A stretch of 64,000 nt of DNA from Bacilli bacterium (lineage in GTDB: Bacteria; Bacillota_I; Bacilli_A; ML615J-28; CAG-698). Position numbers and translations under genes: made by a program. Location of the stretch: contig JBMNLX010000009.1 of the NCBI GenBank assembly GCA_050953085.1, positions 203,411 to 267,410 of the forward strand. Direction: 5' to 3'. Position 1 is the first letter of the stretch, and each line of letters opens with the position of its first letter. The notes below the pieces were generated by a model, which searched no databases, had not been told where the DNA came from, and was given only the letters and a program-made list of their open reading frames with translations. Positions 9,418-19,295 of this stretch are shown in pieces.

Positions 9418-10425
9418 ATGGTTAAATTAGCGATTGACATCATGGGCGGCGACCACGCCCCGCTTGAAATTATCAAAGGCGTCGATATCGCCCTTGAAAG
9501 GTTTCCCGACCTGGAATTCACGCTTTACGGGGACGCCGGAATCATCAAGGAACGCTTGAAAGCGGCGGAGCGGGTCAAAGTGGTTCACGCCCCCGAAAAA
9601 ATTGACATGGGGGAGAAAGACCCGATCAGCGCCGTCCGCCGCAATCGCGAAACTTCACTGGTCAAGGCTTTCCAGTCCGTGCGCGACGGGGAAACGGCCG
9701 GGGCGGTTACCGCCGGACCGACCCAGGGAGTGGTCGCGGCGGCCCATTTAATCGTCAGGCGGATCAAGGGAATGAAACGGACCGCCCTTTGTCCGAATTT
9801 GCCGGACCTTGACGGCAAAACGCGCCTGCTTTTGGACGTCGGCGCCAACCTGGAGTTGCGAAGCGAACATATCTTACAGCTTGCCCAGTACGCGACGATT
9901 TACTTACGCGAGACGCGAGACGTTGACCGGCCTTTGGTCGGCTTGATGAACGTCGGAACGGAACCGGGAAAGGGCCGCGAGTTGGAAAATGAGGCCTACG
10001 CGCTCTTAAGCGCGAATCCGCTCGTTAACTTTCACGGCAACGTCGAAGGAAAGGAAATCCTCTCGACCCCCTGCGACATACTTATTACCGACGGATATAC
10101 CGGGAACATGATTATGAAGGCGTTCGAGGGCACCGTTCGCGCCGTCGGCGGGTTTTTCAAAACGGAAATTAAAAAATCATTTGCGAGTAAAATCGGCTAT
10201 TTGTTTATGAAGGGGGTTTTCAATAAGTTCAAGAAAAAATTCAGCGCCGACGAGATCGGCGGCGCCACCCTTTTCGGCGTCGACGGGGTGATCGTCAAGG
10301 CGCATGGCTCAAGCGACGGTTACGCGTTTTCCAACGCCATTGCCCAGGCGCGAAGGACGGTCCTGGGTAACGTTATCGAGAAAATGAAAAAAGTGATCGC
10401 CGAGGAAGGGATTGGTCTTGAATAG
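9418..10425 (+). CDS. plsX: phosphate acyltransferase PlsX
   Basis: MVKLAIDIMGGDHAP N-terminus; 335 aa. Confidence 0.95.
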   Translation: MVKLAIDIMGGDHAPLEIIKGVDIALERFPDLEFTLYGDAGIIKERLKAAERVKVVHAPEKIDMGEKDPISAVRRNRETSLVKAFQSVRDGETAGAVTAGPTQGVVAAAHLIVRRIKGMKRTALCPNLPDLDGKTRLLLDVGANLELRSEHILQLAQYATIYLRETRDVDRPLVGLMNVGTEPGKGRELENEAYALLSANPLVNFHGNVEGKEILSTPCDILITDGYTGNMIMKAFEGTVRAVGGFFKTEIKKSFASKIGYLFMKGVFNKFKKKFSADEIGGATLFGVDGVIVKAHGSSDGYAFSNAIAQARRTVLGNVIEKMKKVIAEEGIGLE

Positions 10426-11101
10426 CCGCCGGCTGGTAATTCCCACGGTCCGAAGCGCCGGCGTCGAGCCGGGCGAGACAGAACTATACTTTACGGCCTT
10501 TACCCACCAATCGTACGCCAACGAGCATAATGTCGAAAGCAACGAAAGGCTGGAATACCTGGGCGACGCCGTTTTGAATTTTTTGGTCGCGGAGTATTTG
10601 TATTTGCGTTTTCCCGACATGCCGGAAGGCGCGCTCACCAAAACCCGCGCCAAATTCGTCTGCGCCACCGCCAACAGCCGCTACGCCTTGGCGCTTAGGT
10701 TGAACGAGGCGATTATGCTCGGTAAGGGCGAGGCAGAGCAGGGCGGGATGAGAAAAGCGTCGGTTCTGGGCGACTTGTTCGAGGCGTTTCTCGGCGCGGT
10801 TTATCTAGACAAGGGCCTTTCGGCTGTTAAAGAGATTTTGGAACGAATTGTTTTTCCGTATATCGATAGCGCCGAGCCCGGTTTTTTTATCGATTATAAA
10901 AGCCGATTGCAGGAACTAATCCAAAGCGAAAGCCGGCGAAACGTCGAATACGTCCTGGACAAAGAAACCGGCCCGCCGCATGACAAGAGGTTTTTTGTCA
11001 GCGTCTATCATAACGGCAAAAAACTGGGGACCGGTTCGGGAAAGACCAAAAAAGCGGCCGAGCAAAACGCGGCCGAGACGGCTTTAAAAAAACTGATGTA
11101 A
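10412..11101 (+). CDS. rnc: ribonuclease III
   Basis: ERLEYLGDAVLNFLVAEYLY signature and C-terminal dsRBD. Confidence 0.9.
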   Translation: MVLNSRRLVIPTVRSAGVEPGETELYFTAFTHQSYANEHNVESNERLEYLGDAVLNFLVAEYLYLRFPDMPEGALTKTRAKFVCATANSRYALALRLNEAIMLGKGEAEQGGMRKASVLGDLFEAFLGAVYLDKGLSAVKEILERIVFPYIDSAEPGFFIDYKSRLQELIQSESRRNVEYVLDKETGPPHDKRFFVSVYHNGKKLGTGSGKTKKAAEQNAAETALKKLM

Positions 11102-11114
11102 CTCGAGGATAAGC

Positions 11115-11741
11115 ATGTTTAATCTAATAAAAAACAACATTATTCAATTTGACCGGCTTTTGATCGAAAAATATTACGTACTCGACCTCGACGAGACAGA
11201 CGCGATAATCCTGATTAGATTAAACGATTTGTTAAAGCGGGGGGAGAGGCTTTTTTCCGTTCGCGCCGTCGCCTCTTCGATGAAAATTGACGAGTCCGAA
11301 TGCGGGAAACGCATTGTCGAATTGGTAAAGCGCGGTTTTATCGCCCTGGAGCTGTCGGGAAAGGACGCCAAGGAGATATTCAGCCTTGACGAGACTTACC
11401 GTCGCCTCGCCTATTTGCTTGAGGATTCGGAGGCGAAAGCTAACGACGCGGAAATAAACGAGAAGATCAAATACGCGGTTCGTTTGTTGGAAAGCGAGCT
11501 GAAGAAAACACTAAGCCCGATCGAGTTGGAAATCGTGTCGCGCTGGTATATCGAGAAAAAATACGATCACCGGAAAATTGAGGAAGCGATTCTTAAATCC
11601 CTTAAGAACAAGTATAGAAGCGTGAATTATATCGACCGGTTGCTCGCAAAAGAAGAAAAACCGGCGCCCAAGATCGCGCGACCGAAGGAAGGCGAACGAA
11701 TCCAGGATTTGTTCAAGAAAGTATATGTCAAAAGCAAATAA
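11115..11741 (+). CDS. dnaD: DnaD-domain replication initiation/primosome protein
   Basis: Collinear with B. subtilis DnaD (N-terminal winged-helix region, C-terminal DDBH2-like LSPIELEIVSRW...YIDRLL); dnaD-nth adjacency conserved. Confidence 0.7.
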   Translation: MFNLIKNNIIQFDRLLIEKYYVLDLDETDAIILIRLNDLLKRGERLFSVRAVASSMKIDESECGKRIVELVKRGFIALELSGKDAKEIFSLDETYRRLAYLLEDSEAKANDAEINEKIKYAVRLLESELKKTLSPIELEIVSRWYIEKKYDHRKIEEAILKSLKNKYRSVNYIDRLLAKEEKPAPKIARPKEGERIQDLFKKVYVKSK

Positions 11742-12360
11742 GATCCTGGAAATCTTAAAAAAGATGTTTCCGGAGATTAAGACCGAGCTGGAGTACCGCG
11801 ACTTATACGAGCTCACGGTCGCCGTGATTTTATCCGCGCAGTCGACCGACAAGGCGGTAAACAAGGCGACGCCGGCTTTGTTCGCCCGTTATTCCGACTT
11901 TTTCGCCCTGGCGGAAGCCGAATACGAGGAACTCCGGGACTTGATAAAAACGATCGGTCTCGCCCCGACAAAGGCGCGTAATTTGATCAATTTAAGCCGC
12001 CGGTTGGTCGCGGAAAAAGCCGGGAAGATCGTCCCCGACCCCGGGTATTTGCTCGCGCTTCCGGGTATCGGTCGGAAAACGGCGAACGTAATCCTGAGCG
12101 AGGGTTTCGGCATTCCCCGGATCGCGGTCGACACCCATGTTTTGCGCGTGACAAACCGCCTCGGGTTGGCAACCTCAAAAGACCCGACCCGGGTCGAGGA
12201 GGCGCTTTGCGCCCTTTACCCGCCGGAAGAATGGCACAAACTGCATCTTCGCCTGATTCATTTCGGGCGTTATCATTGCACAACAAAAAAGCCGCGCTGC
12301 GAAACTTGCCCGCTTACGGCTTTCTGTCAGTATTATACAAATTCCGCCCCGGTAAAATGA
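11725..12360 (+). CDS. nth: endonuclease III
   Basis: HhH-GPD motif and C-terminal 4Fe-4S cluster CTTKKPRCETCPLTAFC. Confidence 0.9.
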   Translation: MSKANKILEILKKMFPEIKTELEYRDLYELTVAVILSAQSTDKAVNKATPALFARYSDFFALAEAEYEELRDLIKTIGLAPTKARNLINLSRRLVAEKAGKIVPDPGYLLALPGIGRKTANVILSEGFGIPRIAVDTHVLRVTNRLGLATSKDPTRVEEALCALYPPEEWHKLHLRLIHFGRYHCTTKKPRCETCPLTAFCQYYTNSAPVK

Positions 12361-12384
12361 TACCATTTAGCGGGGTGTTTTTTT

Positions 12385-12564
12385 ATGAAAGTGAAGCTAT
12401 TTGATGAGAATCATGAAAAAGATTTGGAAGACGCCTTGAATGATTTTTTGGAAACGCTGGACGATGAAGACGTTATCGACATCAAATTCCAGATCAGCAC
12501 GATGTATGACTATAAAGATCAAATTTATTGTTACGGCGCGATGGTGATTTATAAAACTAAGTAG
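12385..12564 (+). CDS. Cse60-like small sporulation-family protein (59 aa), absent from ORF track (below size cutoff)
   Basis: MKVKLFDENHEKDLEDALNDFLETLDDEDVIDIKFQISTMYDYKDQIYCYGAMVIYKTK resembles the Cse60/YteV family (KLFDEEHEKDLE... IYC...AMV); convergent 8-nt overlap with rqcH stop. Confidence 0.55.
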   Translation: MKVKLFDENHEKDLEDALNDFLETLDDEDVIDIKFQISTMYDYKDQIYCYGAMVIYKTK

Positions 12565-14143
12565 CGCTGTTCTTGATGAATTCCCAATCGGGCGTCACGA
12601 AGACGGTTTTGTGATTGCTGTAGGTTACGAACGAGCCTCTGGCTCCCGGAATCTTCTTTACGTGCTTAACGAGCGTGTAGTCGACGGCGACGTTGGCGGA
12701 ATAACGGTTTTTCGAGTGATAAGCCGCGATCGTCGCGGCGAGAGTAATCGCCTCGTTCGTCGGTTCCGCCGCCCGCAAAATCGTGTGACTTCCCGGCGCG
12801 CCTTTGACGTGGAAGAAGTAATCGTTTTTCCGGGCTACCCTGTGCGTAAGGTAATTGTTTTGAAGATTGTTCTTCCCGACCATTATCATGTTTCCCGCCC
12901 CGTCCTTGTAAACGAGATACTGCGGGCGCGGTTTCTTTTTTGAGGCCTGTTTAGCTTTTACAAGCCCCAATTCCTCGATTATTTCTCTCAGACCGCCGGT
13001 TCCGGCCATGGCGATCTGCTCTTCCAGGGTCTCGAGATAGCGGATTTCTTCCTCCGTCGCCTTGATTTGTTCGTTAAGGCTTTCGATCGTCCGTTTCGCT
13101 TTTCTATATTTGGCGAATACCGCCTCCATGTTTTCCGCCGGCGAGAGTTTCGGGTTTAAAGTAATTTCCCGTTTCTCGTCGCGATAAAAATCCCAAACCG
13201 TGATTTTATTATCGCCTTCCCTAATCAGGTGGAGGCTCGCGGCGAGAAGGTCGCCCGTTTCTTTAAGATTTAGGTTTTCCCGCGCGGCGCGAAATTCTTC
13301 CCGCTGCTTTTTCAATTTATTCCGTACTTTGTTTGTTTCCCTTTTCAAATAGTTTTCGAGAATCTTTTGCTCGGCGTTGTGAATATTTAGTTTCCTTATC
13401 GTCAGGAAATATTCTTCCAAAAGCGACGACAAATCGGGAAAATATTGGCGCTCACCCTCGATATGAGTCAGATCCAAGCAATAAAAACGGGTCTTATTAT
13501 CCTGCTTAATCAAAACCGGCGTCGTCGGCCCGTCAAGGAACGAAAGATCCCGGCGGTAGGCGATCTCCCCGTAGCAAAGATTGGACACGCCCTGATAGAT
13601 ATTTTGCTCGCAAACCGCGTCGGTCGCGAAAGGATTGACGCGTTCCGCGTCCGCGGCGGGAATTTGATATTTCGCTTTCGGGACGACGATCCGCTTGTCG
13701 TTATCGTTTAGAACGTAGGTCTTCCGCAGGCTGTCGATAATCTCGCCCTTTTCGTCGGTTAAAATCAAGTTGGCGTTCCGGCCGAACATTTCCCCGATAA
13801 GTCGGGAGCGTTCCCGGTAACCCAAATAATCGGCTTTCTCAATCTCAAAGACGACGATGCGGTCGTTTTCGATTTGATAAAAATCGGCGATATAGCCCGA
13901 CTCGAGATGTTTCCTCAAAGCCGTGAGAAAAGGAAAAGTAATTCCCGACGGGGTATAGTCGGACCTGATCAGACGGAAATGCGTTCCCGCGCCGCTCAGA
14001 CTGAAAAGAAGGTTGCTTCCCTTGCTTAGTTCCAGCACGAAAACGGCCTTGTCGAGGCATTTAACGCGGTTAACGCGCGCTCCTTTTATGGTGTTTTGTA
14101 ATTCCCGGCATAAATGGCGGATAAAAACGCCGTCAAAGCTCAT
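12557..14143 (-). CDS. rqcH: ribosome quality control factor RqcH (FbpA/NFACT family, Rqc2 homolog)
   Basis: NFACT-N start MSFDGVFIRHLCRELQ, coiled-coil, NFACT-R/DUF814 C-terminus (GAPGSHTIL). Confidence 0.85.
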   Translation of the reverse strand: MSFDGVFIRHLCRELQNTIKGARVNRVKCLDKAVFVLELSKGSNLLFSLSGAGTHFRLIRSDYTPSGITFPFLTALRKHLESGYIADFYQIENDRIVVFEIEKADYLGYRERSRLIGEMFGRNANLILTDEKGEIIDSLRKTYVLNDNDKRIVVPKAKYQIPAADAERVNPFATDAVCEQNIYQGVSNLCYGEIAYRRDLSFLDGPTTPVLIKQDNKTRFYCLDLTHIEGERQYFPDLSSLLEEYFLTIRKLNIHNAEQKILENYLKRETNKVRNKLKKQREEFRAARENLNLKETGDLLAASLHLIREGDNKITVWDFYRDEKREITLNPKLSPAENMEAVFAKYRKAKRTIESLNEQIKATEEEIRYLETLEEQIAMAGTGGLREIIEELGLVKAKQASKKKPRPQYLVYKDGAGNMIMVGKNNLQNNYLTHRVARKNDYFFHVKGAPGSHTILRAAEPTNEAITLAATIAAYHSKNRYSANVAVDYTLVKHVKKIPGARGSFVTYSNHKTVFVTPDWEFIKNSAT

Positions 14144-14250
14144 AATTGTTCACCGCATATATTTTAACACACAAGACAATTAAAAAAAACCTCTTTATTA
14201 TTATTTTGGTTTGTGGTAAAATATATATAAATATAAATCGAGGATGCAAT

Positions 14251-14871
14251 ATGAAATTAAACGACAAGGGTCTTTTAATCGTTCTTTCGGGCCCTTCCGG
14301 GGTCGGGAAAGGCACCGTGCGCGACGCGCTCTTCGCGATGAAAGGTCATAATCTCGTGTATTCCGTGTCGATGACGACGCGCCCGCCGCGCGCCGGAGAA
14401 GTCCACGGACACGACTATTATTTTGTGACGCGGGAAGAATTCGAAGAAAATATCCGCGCCGGCAAAATGCTGGAGCACGCGGAATTTATCGGCAATTATT
14501 ACGGGACGCCGCTTGAAGCCGTGTCGGAAAATTTGAACGCAGGCCTCGAAGTAGTTTTGGAAATCGAGGTTCAGGGCGCCGAGCAAGTAAGACAAAAAAT
14601 GCCGGAGGCGGTCTTTATCTTTATCGCCCCGCCTTCCCTGGATTCCCTATACAACCGGTTGCGTCGCCGCGGCACGGAATCGGAAGAAGTTATCCGGCAA
14701 AGAATCGAAAAAGCCAAACGCGAAATCAACCTGGCTTATAAATACGACTATATCGTCGTTAACGACACGGTGGAGAACGCGGCCGACAAGATTCTCGCGA
14801 TAATTAGATCCGAGCACGCTTCCGTGAAGCGGGTTTTGAAAAACTACAAAAAGATGTTAGGAGTGGAATAG
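14251..14871 (+). CDS. gmk: guanylate kinase
   Basis: MKLNDKGLLIVLSGPSGVGKGT; start chosen at 14251 (RBS GAGGATG) rather than the longer track ORF from 14146. Confidence 0.9.
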   Translation: MKLNDKGLLIVLSGPSGVGKGTVRDALFAMKGHNLVYSVSMTTRPPRAGEVHGHDYYFVTREEFEENIRAGKMLEHAEFIGNYYGTPLEAVSENLNAGLEVVLEIEVQGAEQVRQKMPEAVFIFIAPPSLDSLYNRLRRRGTESEEVIRQRIEKAKREINLAYKYDYIVVNDTVENAADKILAIIRSEHASVKRVLKNYKKMLGVE

Positions 14872-15123
14872 ATGAACAGAAAAAAAGACGGTATGCGTTA
14901 TCCTTCCATCGACCAGCTTATCGAAAAAACGAAATCGAAATACCGGCTGACGGTCGGCGTCGCGAAAAGGGCGCGCGACATTTCGTTGCCGGGCGCCAAG
15001 GTTTTGGTAAAGAACCCCGTAAATAAAAAGAGCATCGGGATCGCCTTGGAGGAAGTTCACAGCGGAAAAATCAAGATTATCGATAAGGTTGAAAAGGAAG
15101 CTAGCGGAAAGGCGACAGAGTAA
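14872..15123 (+). CDS. rpoZ: DNA-directed RNA polymerase subunit omega
   Basis: YPSIDQLIEKTKSKYRLTVGVAKRARDI; gmk-rpoZ adjacency. Confidence 0.85.
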   Translation: MNRKKDGMRYPSIDQLIEKTKSKYRLTVGVAKRARDISLPGAKVLVKNPVNKKSIGIALEEVHSGKIKIIDKVEKEASGKATE

Positions 15124-15138
15124 ATCTGTCTTTTTTTT
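15114..15138 (+). terminator. rho-independent terminator after rpoZ
   Basis: GACAGA-gtaaa-TCTGTC followed by TTTTTTTT (overlaps rpoZ stop). Confidence 0.7.
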
Positions 15139-15220
15139 CATACGACGAAAATCACAATGGCAATGACTTTATTTTTTTGTATAATTGTGTTAAAATATGA
15201 CAAAAGGATGAGGTGAAATT

Positions 15221-16081
15221 ATGTATTACGGCGCGATTGAAGCCGGCGGCACCAAATTCCGGGCCGCAGTTTATCGGAACGGGGAAAAAATCAAAGAAAT
15301 GACAATCGCGACGAGAGACCCGGAAACAACGCTCGAACCCGTCGCTTGTTTTCTGGGTTCCTATCCTTTAAAAGCCGTTGGTCTCGGCGCTTTCGGTCCG
15401 ATTATTCTTGACGAGAACGATCCCGATTACGGCTTGATAACGGAAACGCCGAAGGAAAAGTGGCGTCAATTCAACATATATCGCTATTGCGCCGAGCGCC
15501 TCCGCGTCCCGGTCTATCTGGATACCGACGTCGGCGTCGCGGCGCTGGGGGAATATTTCGCAGCGGGCGGGACCGCCCAAAACATCGTCTACGTCACGGT
15601 CGGGACCGGCATCGGCATCGGCGTTATCGTTGACGGGAAAATATTTCGCGGCGCCCATCACCCCGAACTGGGTCATCTGCAGGTCATCCGCCGCGATAAC
15701 GACCGTCACCCGTCCGTTTGCCCTTATCATGACAATTGTCTCGAGGGGCTCGCAAGCGGGCGCAGTTTAACGGACCGTTACCGGATGACCCCGGAGGAAC
15801 TTGCCTCCGTTGATGACGTTTGGGAACTTGAAGGCTACTATTTGGGACAAGCCCTGTTTGCGTACACGCTCGCGTTCGCGCCCGACAAGATCGTTGTCGG
15901 CGGGGGCGTCGCCGATCAGGAAAATTTGCTTCCAAAGACTAGGAAATATTTCGATCTTGTAAATAACGGCTACTACCGTTACCGGCGGATGTCCGACCTA
16001 GAGTCTTACATCGTTTTGCCTTTGCGCGGAAAAGACGCGGGGTTATACGGCGCTTACCGCCTGGCCGGGGGCGGCGAATGA
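15221..16081 (+). CDS. ROK-family sugar kinase (fructokinase/glucokinase-like)
   Basis: N-term YYGAIEAGGTKF; ROK Zn motif HHPELGHL...CPYHDNCLEGLASG. Confidence 0.8.
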   Translation: MYYGAIEAGGTKFRAAVYRNGEKIKEMTIATRDPETTLEPVACFLGSYPLKAVGLGAFGPIILDENDPDYGLITETPKEKWRQFNIYRYCAERLRVPVYLDTDVGVAALGEYFAAGGTAQNIVYVTVGTGIGIGVIVDGKIFRGAHHPELGHLQVIRRDNDRHPSVCPYHDNCLEGLASGRSLTDRYRMTPEELASVDDVWELEGYYLGQALFAYTLAFAPDKIVVGGGVADQENLLPKTRKYFDLVNNGYYRYRRMSDLESYIVLPLRGKDAGLYGAYRLAGGGE

Positions 16082-18348
16082 TGTTTGCGAAGGTATGCGT
16101 CGACGTTGTGACCGGCTCCGACGATTTGTTCACATACGCCGTGCCGGAAATATACCGGGACTATATTTACGTTGGTTCCCGCGTGTTCGTCGAGTTCGGT
16201 TTTCAAAAAACCCTCGCTTACGTTATCGAACTCGCCGCGGAATCAGATTATGACGGCCCGATTAAAGAAATTATCGAGGTCATCGATTTCGATCGCGGCC
16301 TAACCGAGGAGCAGATTGCTCTCGCCCGCGAAATCAGCAACGCGACAAAATCTTCGCTATCCCATTGTCTTCGCTTAATGTATCCCGCCTTTATGCAGAG
16401 CCGTCTCCGCCGCTTTGTCAAGGCGTTAAGAAGCGAATCCCTCCCCGGACATTTACAAGATTTGTTTAAAAACAGGAAAAGAATCCCCCTAACCGCCGAG
16501 GTCATGCCTTATTACAAGGATATCCGCGCCGCCGCGGAAAGGGGCGATTTGGAGATCGAAACGGACGTTTACGCGTACGGGAAAAGAAAAATAATCAAAA
16601 CATACCGACTCGCCTCCTCCGAGGAGCCGCGCGGCGCGAAACAAAAGGCTGTATTCGGCTATTTAAAAACGAAAGACGCGGCGACCGTCGAGGAAATAAA
16701 GGAAAACACCGGAGCGAGCGATTTCGTAATTAACCTTATGGCGAAGCGGGGAATTCTCGCGATGATTCCCGCTTACCCGCCGGCGGAAGCGACGAAAGCG
16801 AAACCGGTCAAAATCACGTTTGATTTCGACGAGAACCAAATCCGGGAAAAGTTCCGGCGGCTTTCCGGCAAACCGTTTCTTTTTTACGCCGACAGCGAGG
16901 ATTTCCGCCTGCGGTTTTGCCTTGACGCCGTAAGCGAGACGATCGCTTCGGGAAAGAAAGCCTTGATTCTCGCGCCGACGATGCTCGCGGTTACTTCGCT
17001 CGCTAATTATTTCCGAAAAGGCCTTTCGGCCGCGCGCGTCAGCGTTTTTTCATCGCTGCTATCGGAAAGCGATTTTTATTACGGCTTTCAAAACGTTATC
17101 GCCGGGGACGTCGATCTCGTGATTACCACCCTTGCGGGGGTATTTCTCCCGCTTTCCGATATCGGCCTGATCATTATTACGGATGAGGATCATCATAGTT
17201 ATATCAACCAGCAAACCCCGAAGTACTCGGCTCTGGAGGTTTTAAAATATCGGGCCGATTATCACCGGGCGAAACTCGTTCTCGCGACTTCGGCGCCGAG
17301 CGTCGTTTCTTATTATCGCTATCATCAAGCCGAGTATTTCCTCCTCGAACTTATCAAGAAGGAAAAACGGCGGTTCGCGCTTGTCAACGCCCGCGAAGAA
17401 CCGTCCGATATGCTTCTTACTTCCGCCCTGCGCCGGGAAGTCGAGGCGGTCTGGGCGGCCGGCAAGACCGCGGCTCTCGTTTTGAACAATCTCGGTTATA
17501 GCACGGCCAATATCTGCGATAAGTGCGGGGAGCTAATCAAATGCCCGCAATGCAAGATTGGGCTGGTTTATTATAAAAACAAGAATCATTACCACTGCCG
17601 TTATTGTAATCAACGTTTTCCGGCGGTAAGGTGCGAAAATTGCGAGGCGACCTCCGTCCGTCATCTCGGTTACGGTCTTGAAAGATTGGAAGAGCGTTTT
17701 CGCGCTTATTATCCCGATCGCCGTCTATATAAGGCGTCCTCGCTCACCCTGCAAAGAGCCGAAGATTTCGAGAATTTTATTCTCGCGCTCGAGGAGGGCG
17801 AGATTGACGCCGTGATCGGCACGAATATTCTTCTTGACGCGCTCAGCCCGGAAATCGGACTGATCGCGCTCATCAACGCCGACGCGCTGCTTTACGCCGA
17901 CGATTACCGGAGCGCGGAGATGTGCTACCGGCTTATCACCAAGGCTTTGGATTACCGGACGGCGAAAACGGTTATCCAGGGATATAATTTGGATCACCGC
18001 GCGATTACCGACGCGCTGAATAATGATTACCTTTCCTTCTATAGGGAGGAAATCATTACCCGCGGTTACGCGACGTATCCGCCCTACGCGGAATTGAATA
18101 AACTAACGGTGAGCGGCGAGTTTAAAGACATCTATTATTTCGCAAATTACTTTAAAAAAGTTTTTAAGCGTTTTAAAAAAGGCGATTGTCTCGGCCCGGT
18201 TTATTTGTCGAAGATTCGGGGCGTGCGGCTAATCATCAAACATAACGATTTTCCGTTGGTGTCATCGCTCATCGATGAAGTTGAGAAAAAATTCAGCGAC
18301 AGGAAACTGCGAGTTAATTTTGAACGCTACCCGCGGTTCTACGAATAG
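16078..18348 (+). CDS. priA: primosomal protein N' (PriA) homolog with degenerate ATPase motifs
   Basis: N-terminal 3'-DNA-binding domain, DExH-like DEDHH, Cys-rich Zn ribbon CDKCGELIKCPQCK...CRYCN...CENCE, C-terminal domain; P-loop position reads YADSEDFRLRF instead of GxTGSGKT. Confidence 0.85.
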   Translation: MMFAKVCVDVVTGSDDLFTYAVPEIYRDYIYVGSRVFVEFGFQKTLAYVIELAAESDYDGPIKEIIEVIDFDRGLTEEQIALAREISNATKSSLSHCLRLMYPAFMQSRLRRFVKALRSESLPGHLQDLFKNRKRIPLTAEVMPYYKDIRAAAERGDLEIETDVYAYGKRKIIKTYRLASSEEPRGAKQKAVFGYLKTKDAATVEEIKENTGASDFVINLMAKRGILAMIPAYPPAEATKAKPVKITFDFDENQIREKFRRLSGKPFLFYADSEDFRLRFCLDAVSETIASGKKALILAPTMLAVTSLANYFRKGLSAARVSVFSSLLSESDFYYGFQNVIAGDVDLVITTLAGVFLPLSDIGLIIITDEDHHSYINQQTPKYSALEVLKYRADYHRAKLVLATSAPSVVSYYRYHQAEYFLLELIKKEKRRFALVNAREEPSDMLLTSALRREVEAVWAAGKTAALVLNNLGYSTANICDKCGELIKCPQCKIGLVYYKNKNHYHCRYCNQRFPAVRCENCEATSVRHLGYGLERLEERFRAYYPDRRLYKASSLTLQRAEDFENFILALEEGEIDAVIGTNILLDALSPEIGLIALINADALLYADDYRSAEMCYRLITKALDYRTAKTVIQGYNLDHRAITDALNNDYLSFYREEIITRGYATYPPYAELNKLTVSGEFKDIYYFANYFKKVFKRFKKGDCLGPVYLSKIRGVRLIIKHNDFPLVSSLIDEVEKKFSDRKLRVNFERYPRFYE

Positions 18349-18362
18349 AAAGAAGTGATAGT

Positions 18363-19295
18363 TTGCGAATAATTTTTATGGGAACGCCGGAATTCGCGGT
18401 CCCGATACTCGATATCATTCATTCCCGACACGAGGTCGCGCTTGCGGTTAGCCAACCCGACCAATACAATCATAGGAAGAAAAAAGCGACGTCCCCGCCG
18501 GTCGCCGTTTACGCGAACGAGAAAGGGATTCCGCTAATTCAACCGGAAAAAATCAAGGACGCCGCGGGAATTATCGCGTCGCTTCAGGCCGACCTGATCG
18601 TGACCGCCGCCTACGGCCAGTTCGTTCCGAAAAAGATAATCGAGCATCCCCGTTTTAAATCGATAAACGTGCACGCGTCGCTTTTGCCGCGGCATAGGGG
18701 CGGGGCGCCGATCCAACGGGCGATTATTAACGGCGACGCGGAAACGGGCGTTTCGATAATATATATGACGCCGAAAATGGATGCCGGGGATATCCTCGCG
18801 CAGAGAAAAATAGCGATTACGGATGAAGACACGCAGGACAGTATGTTTTATAAATTAAGCATGCTCGGCCGCGACATGATTTTGGAAGTAATCGATGCGA
18901 TTGAAAGCGGAACGGCGACGCCGCGCCCGCAGGACGAGGCCGCCGTTACCTACGCTTACAACCTTACCAAAGAAGACGAGCTCATTGATTTTCACAAACC
19001 GGCGCGGGCCGTCTTTAATCAAATCCGCGGGCTTAATTCCAACCCCGGCGCCTACTTCATTCTTGACGGAATCAACATCAAGGTCTACGGCGCCGCGGTC
19101 GCCGGCGAAAAAACGGATTATCCGCCGGGCGTTATCGCCGCGGTGGAGAAAAATTGTTTTAAAGTCAGCTGCGGCGAGAACACGGTAATATCGATAACGG
19201 AAGTTCAACTTCCGGGTAAAAACCGGATGATGGCGCGCGATTTTTTAAACGGCAAAGGCCGGCAATTAATAAAAGAAGCAAAGGAGATTAAATAG
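18363..19295 (+). CDS. fmt: methionyl-tRNA formyltransferase (TTG start)
   Basis: MRIIFMGTPEFAVPIL, SLLP, HRGGAPIQRAIINGD motifs. Confidence 0.9.
   Translation: MRIIFMGTPEFAVPILDIIHSRHEVALAVSQPDQYNHRKKKATSPPVAVYANEKGIPLIQPEKIKDAAGIIASLQADLIVTAAYGQFVPKKIIEHPRFKSINVHASLLPRHRGGAPIQRAIINGDAETGVSIIYMTPKMDAGDILAQRKIAITDEDTQDSMFYKLSMLGRDMILEVIDAIESGTATPRPQDEAAVTYAYNLTKEDELIDFHKPARAVFNQIRGLNSNPGAYFILDGINIKVYGAAVAGEKTDYPPGVIAAVEKNCFKVSCGENTVISITEVQLPGKNRMMARDFLNGKGRQLIKEAKEIK

Noticed and set aside
14146-14250. Longer gmk ORF starting at 14146 (MFTAYILTHK...)
   Set aside because: The extension is hydrophobic, low-complexity and AT-rich, and lacks an RBS. Conserved Gmk begins at MKLNDKGLLIVLSGPSGVGKGT (14251), which has a good RBS.
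15124-15220. Promoter for the ROK kinase gene (TGTATAAT near 15176)
   Set aside because: An extended -10-like element is present but no acceptable -35 at 16-18 nt spacing; left unannotated as too uncertain.
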